Source of the DNA: an uncultured Chthonomonadaceae bacterium
GTDB lineage: Bacteria; Armatimonadota; Chthonomonadetes; Chthonomonadales; Chthonomonadaceae
Assembly (NCBI GenBank): GCA_963817895.1
Contig: CAWFQB010000005.1
Span: 845,858-909,857, forward strand
Direction of reading: 5' to 3'
Length of the DNA stretch: 64,000 nt
Part shown: positions 61,307 through 64,000 of the stretch, one piece after another
Position numbering within the stretch: position 1 is the first letter of the stretch
Layout: each line of letters starts with the position of its first letter
Position numbers and translations under genes: made by a program
Notes under the pieces: model-generated
The model's database searches: none
What the model saw: only the letters and a program-made list of their open reading frames with translations
Told to the model about the DNA's origin: nothing

Positions 61307-62728
61307 TCAGGTAGTTCCTTCCTCATTGGCTGAAAGATCGGCAAATTCCTCTATTGCTTCCTCATCCAATACGTTTAAGTCCGCTCCATTTTCGTCCGGT
61401 TCCATACTCTCCAGCTCCGTCGCCGCTTCCAAAACCGGAAATTCTGCGCCGCGCACGTCTATCTTTCCGGTGACAACATCGGCAATCAGGCGAGTATGGT
61501 ACTCGCGGATGAGATTAATCTCATTGTTCACCCGTATAATAGCACCTTCTATGTGAACTACCTCGTTTTCGATGAACTTAATAATGGCTTCTTGTTCTGC
61601 CATAGGAGGATATAACGAACGGACATTATAGAAGTTTTGATTTGAAAGGTTTTGTAGCCCTACAGTCATGCCATTTGAACGCCCGCCATAAATTGCTTTA
61701 TACGCCTTTGTATGAAACAAATGTTCGTAATATTTCATACAGACAGGAATCTTTGCTTGGAAGACGCCATAGTGAAATGTGACAATACCCCTCAGCGACG
61801 CCGCAAAGAACACGCCCAAATGCCCTTTGAAACGATTGACAACAAGATCATCCTGTAGCACTATTTTCCACTTGTCATACGAAGCAGTTTGAAGAGAACG
61901 TTCTTGCATGTTGGCCGTTGGAAGTAGGCCATCACGTTGAGATAAAGATAGTTGAACTTCCGCTTCTCCTATATACGGTCGGGTAGTTTCTCGGAAGATA
62001 CGCTGGTTTAACATCACGTCCCAATGCGCGGGAATGTCGCCGAGCCAGTCCACGCCAGACGGCTTGCGGGGCGCGTCGGGGTCGAGGCCGACGGTGACGG
62101 CGCAATGAATGACGGCCTGTTTCTGCTCGTGCAGGAGTTCGATCAGGCGGCGTTTGGCCTTGATAAGACGGTTTACGCGGCGGTCGGTGTGTTCGAGAAA
62201 ACGTACAATGGCGTTCTGTTCGTCTTCGCGGCGGCATCAACTGGCAATCGTCTTACATTGCGAAGCCAATCGTGACTGCCGCAGGCCGGAACCATTCCGA
62301 AAACACTGTTTTGCACGTCAGCGCCAATGCAACAGGTAGTAGGCAGAAAGCGGGAAGTCAGGGCGTTTGTGTTGCCGCAAGCAGAGGTAAGCCGATGTGA
62401 TGATGCCCCTGTCTCTTGCAAGTCCAACCCGCAAACTACGTTGATCGTTCTGCAAATCAGTCAGCCGTAAAATCAGATTACCCGGCTCTACAATCTGATA
62501 TGTCTCGAACGATGCCGGTACAAGCCCGTGCAGTTTATCCTCATGCTTCTTGATTATGTTGCCGTAACTGGAGCATAGTACCTGCTTTTCGACAAAGCCC
62601 CTGTTTGGTATGCACTGCTCCTGAAAAGCGGCAAAAGCGGGTACTAATTCCCAATGCGTGGGTATCTGTCCAAGCCATTCGACGCCGGAATCTTTGTAGG
62701 TGGAATAGGGTTGGAGGGTTAAGGGCAT
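61307..62728 (-). pseudogene. hsdS: Type I R-M specificity subunit, frameshifted
   Basis: YKDSGVEWLGQIPTHW, second DWLGDIPAHW, LIADVVTGKIDVR. Confidence 0.85.
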
Positions 62729-62752
62729 TGGATTTTCCAGAGATTTTCGAGA

Positions 62753-63603
62753 GGGCAGGCACGGAGACCTGCCCCTACCATTACGGGTTATCGTGTAGAA
62801 AATTAACGTTTCTGCCCTATCCGAGCGAGAGACGAGGGCGAACGCCTCGTCCCGAATCTGTCTAATAATTGCGATGCCAACGCCGACAGAACGTGGCTGT
62901 CCTTGACGCATCGGAATATTGTTTCATCGTCAAGGGTTTGAACCGCTGCGGCACGATGCGGCAATGGCAAGCGTAGGGCAGATCGTCTGATGACTGCGCC
63001 TGTCATTGCGGGGACGTGAACCAATTCGCTGTCTGTGGTGGTGAACGCGCAAGGAATCCACCTGTCCAGATCGGTTGCCGCATTGGTCAGATGGGTATCT
63101 GCGTCTGGTCCTAAAACAATAATACCGTGAAAATGGTTAGGCATGACGATAAAGGCATCGGTATCTACGCCGGGATAGAAGTCAGGCAAATTACAGCTCA
63201 CACCGTTTCAATCATACGGCCTGCATCATCAGACGTGTGTTTCCGTCAACAATGTCGCCGAAACAGGTTCTCTCGATTTTGAGACGCAAACATAGGTCAC
63301 AAAATACGCGCCAGAGCGCAAGCGTGAGTCGTATCCGTTGAAGCCGGATGGAGCGGCGGTGATGTTTGTTCGAGGATCATATCTGGTGGTCATATTGCAG
63401 TCTTCTTTTAAGAGGCAGGCACGGAGACCTGCCCCAACAGCGAAGGATGCCCCCAATATCGGTGAATTGTTAGCGTTCGAAATAACGCGAACAATGTGCG
63501 GGGCAGGTCTCCGTGCCTGCCTGCGGTGGTGCCTTGCCCCATTATTTCCAGCGCAGGCACACCGCACACCGGGAGGGGCAGGAGGCACGGAGACCTGCCT
63601 TAC
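62753..63603. repeat. Four GTAG-family REP copies (GTAGGGGCAGGTCTCCGTGCCTGCCC-like)
   Basis: Copies at 62753-62778, 63414-63438, 63498-63521 (inverted) and 63583-63603. Confidence 0.85.
62775..63393 (-). pseudogene. REP-associated tyrosine transposase (RAYT), frameshifted
   Basis: MTTRYDP, GAYFVT, FIVMPNHFHGII (HuH motif), IRDE remnant; flanked by REPs. Confidence 0.8.
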
Positions 63604-64000
63604 GGTATTGGTTTCGGATAATAGGATTTCGCCAAGTAGCCCTTCGGTTTCGCGCTCTAAGGCTTCGATGTCGGCGCGGATAGCGTCCAGCGAAGCAAGG
63701 GCTGCGGCTTGTAGAAATAGCACCGTGAACGAGATTTCGTAGCCGATTTTGGTGGCGTCCCGGTCTATCCATGCGTCGGGAACGTAGGGCTGCACTTCGC
63801 GGCGGAAAAAAGGCTTCGATCCCGCCCGGTTCCAGAAGGGGAACCTCTCCGTATCGCGCAATTCGGGATCGGGTTCGTACTGGGTCGCGCCCTTGACGCG
63901 CCGAACGATGGGCGCGGCGGTTTCATCCCGGACGGTAAGCGCGGTCTGAAGCAGTTTCAATCGCTTTGTCGGCAGCTTCACGCCCTGTTTGGCGATTCAT
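63600..64000 (-). CDS. hsdM: Type I R-M methyltransferase, 3' end (partial, frameshifted)
   Basis: EPDPELRDTE, REVQPYVPDAWID, KIGYEISF, IRADIEALERETEGLL. Confidence 0.85.

Noticed and set aside
59620..61344. 574-aa IrrE-DUF4411 fusion in the ORF track
   Set aside because: A TGATG stop/start overlap lies at 60109-60113, and removing one base restores ...EMGVPA*. The region is indel-rich, so two genes are more likely.
1..64000. CRISPR array, rRNA or tRNA genes
   Set aside because: I saw no regularly spaced 25-40 bp repeats with unique spacers and no recognisable rRNA or tRNA sequence.

Overview
GC-rich bacterial chromosomal window. Gene content (PEP-CTERM protein, SpoIVB/S55-propeller protein, HEAT-like membrane protein) suggests Armatimonadota, but this is inference only. 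From left to right it holds: a trkA-trkA-CHAD-CHAD-HhH-ppx-HD operon; RidA; ArsR coupled to an unannotated 39-aa, 10-Cys metallothionein-like gene; several hydrolases; xylA; a PEP-CTERM LamG protein; a frameshifted BTAD-ATPase-TPR regulator; an ABC cluster; two tandem acyltransferases with identical 3' halves; decayed toxin-antitoxin remnants; GH32; VIT-VWA; an IS630 inserted in a REP-like palindrome; MFS and ABC transporters; hisI; a 1554-aa S55 protein; a ccmABCDEF operon with a CxxxY CcmE; and a heavily frameshifted type I R-M locus interrupted by an ImmA/IrrE-DUF4411 pair and a REP-flanked RAYT. The most striking unexplained structure is a set of at least 11 short tandem 7/8-mer arrays. 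They use different motifs but share one orientation rule, sit at gene junctions or in-frame inside genes, and sometimes supply the stop and start codons themselves.
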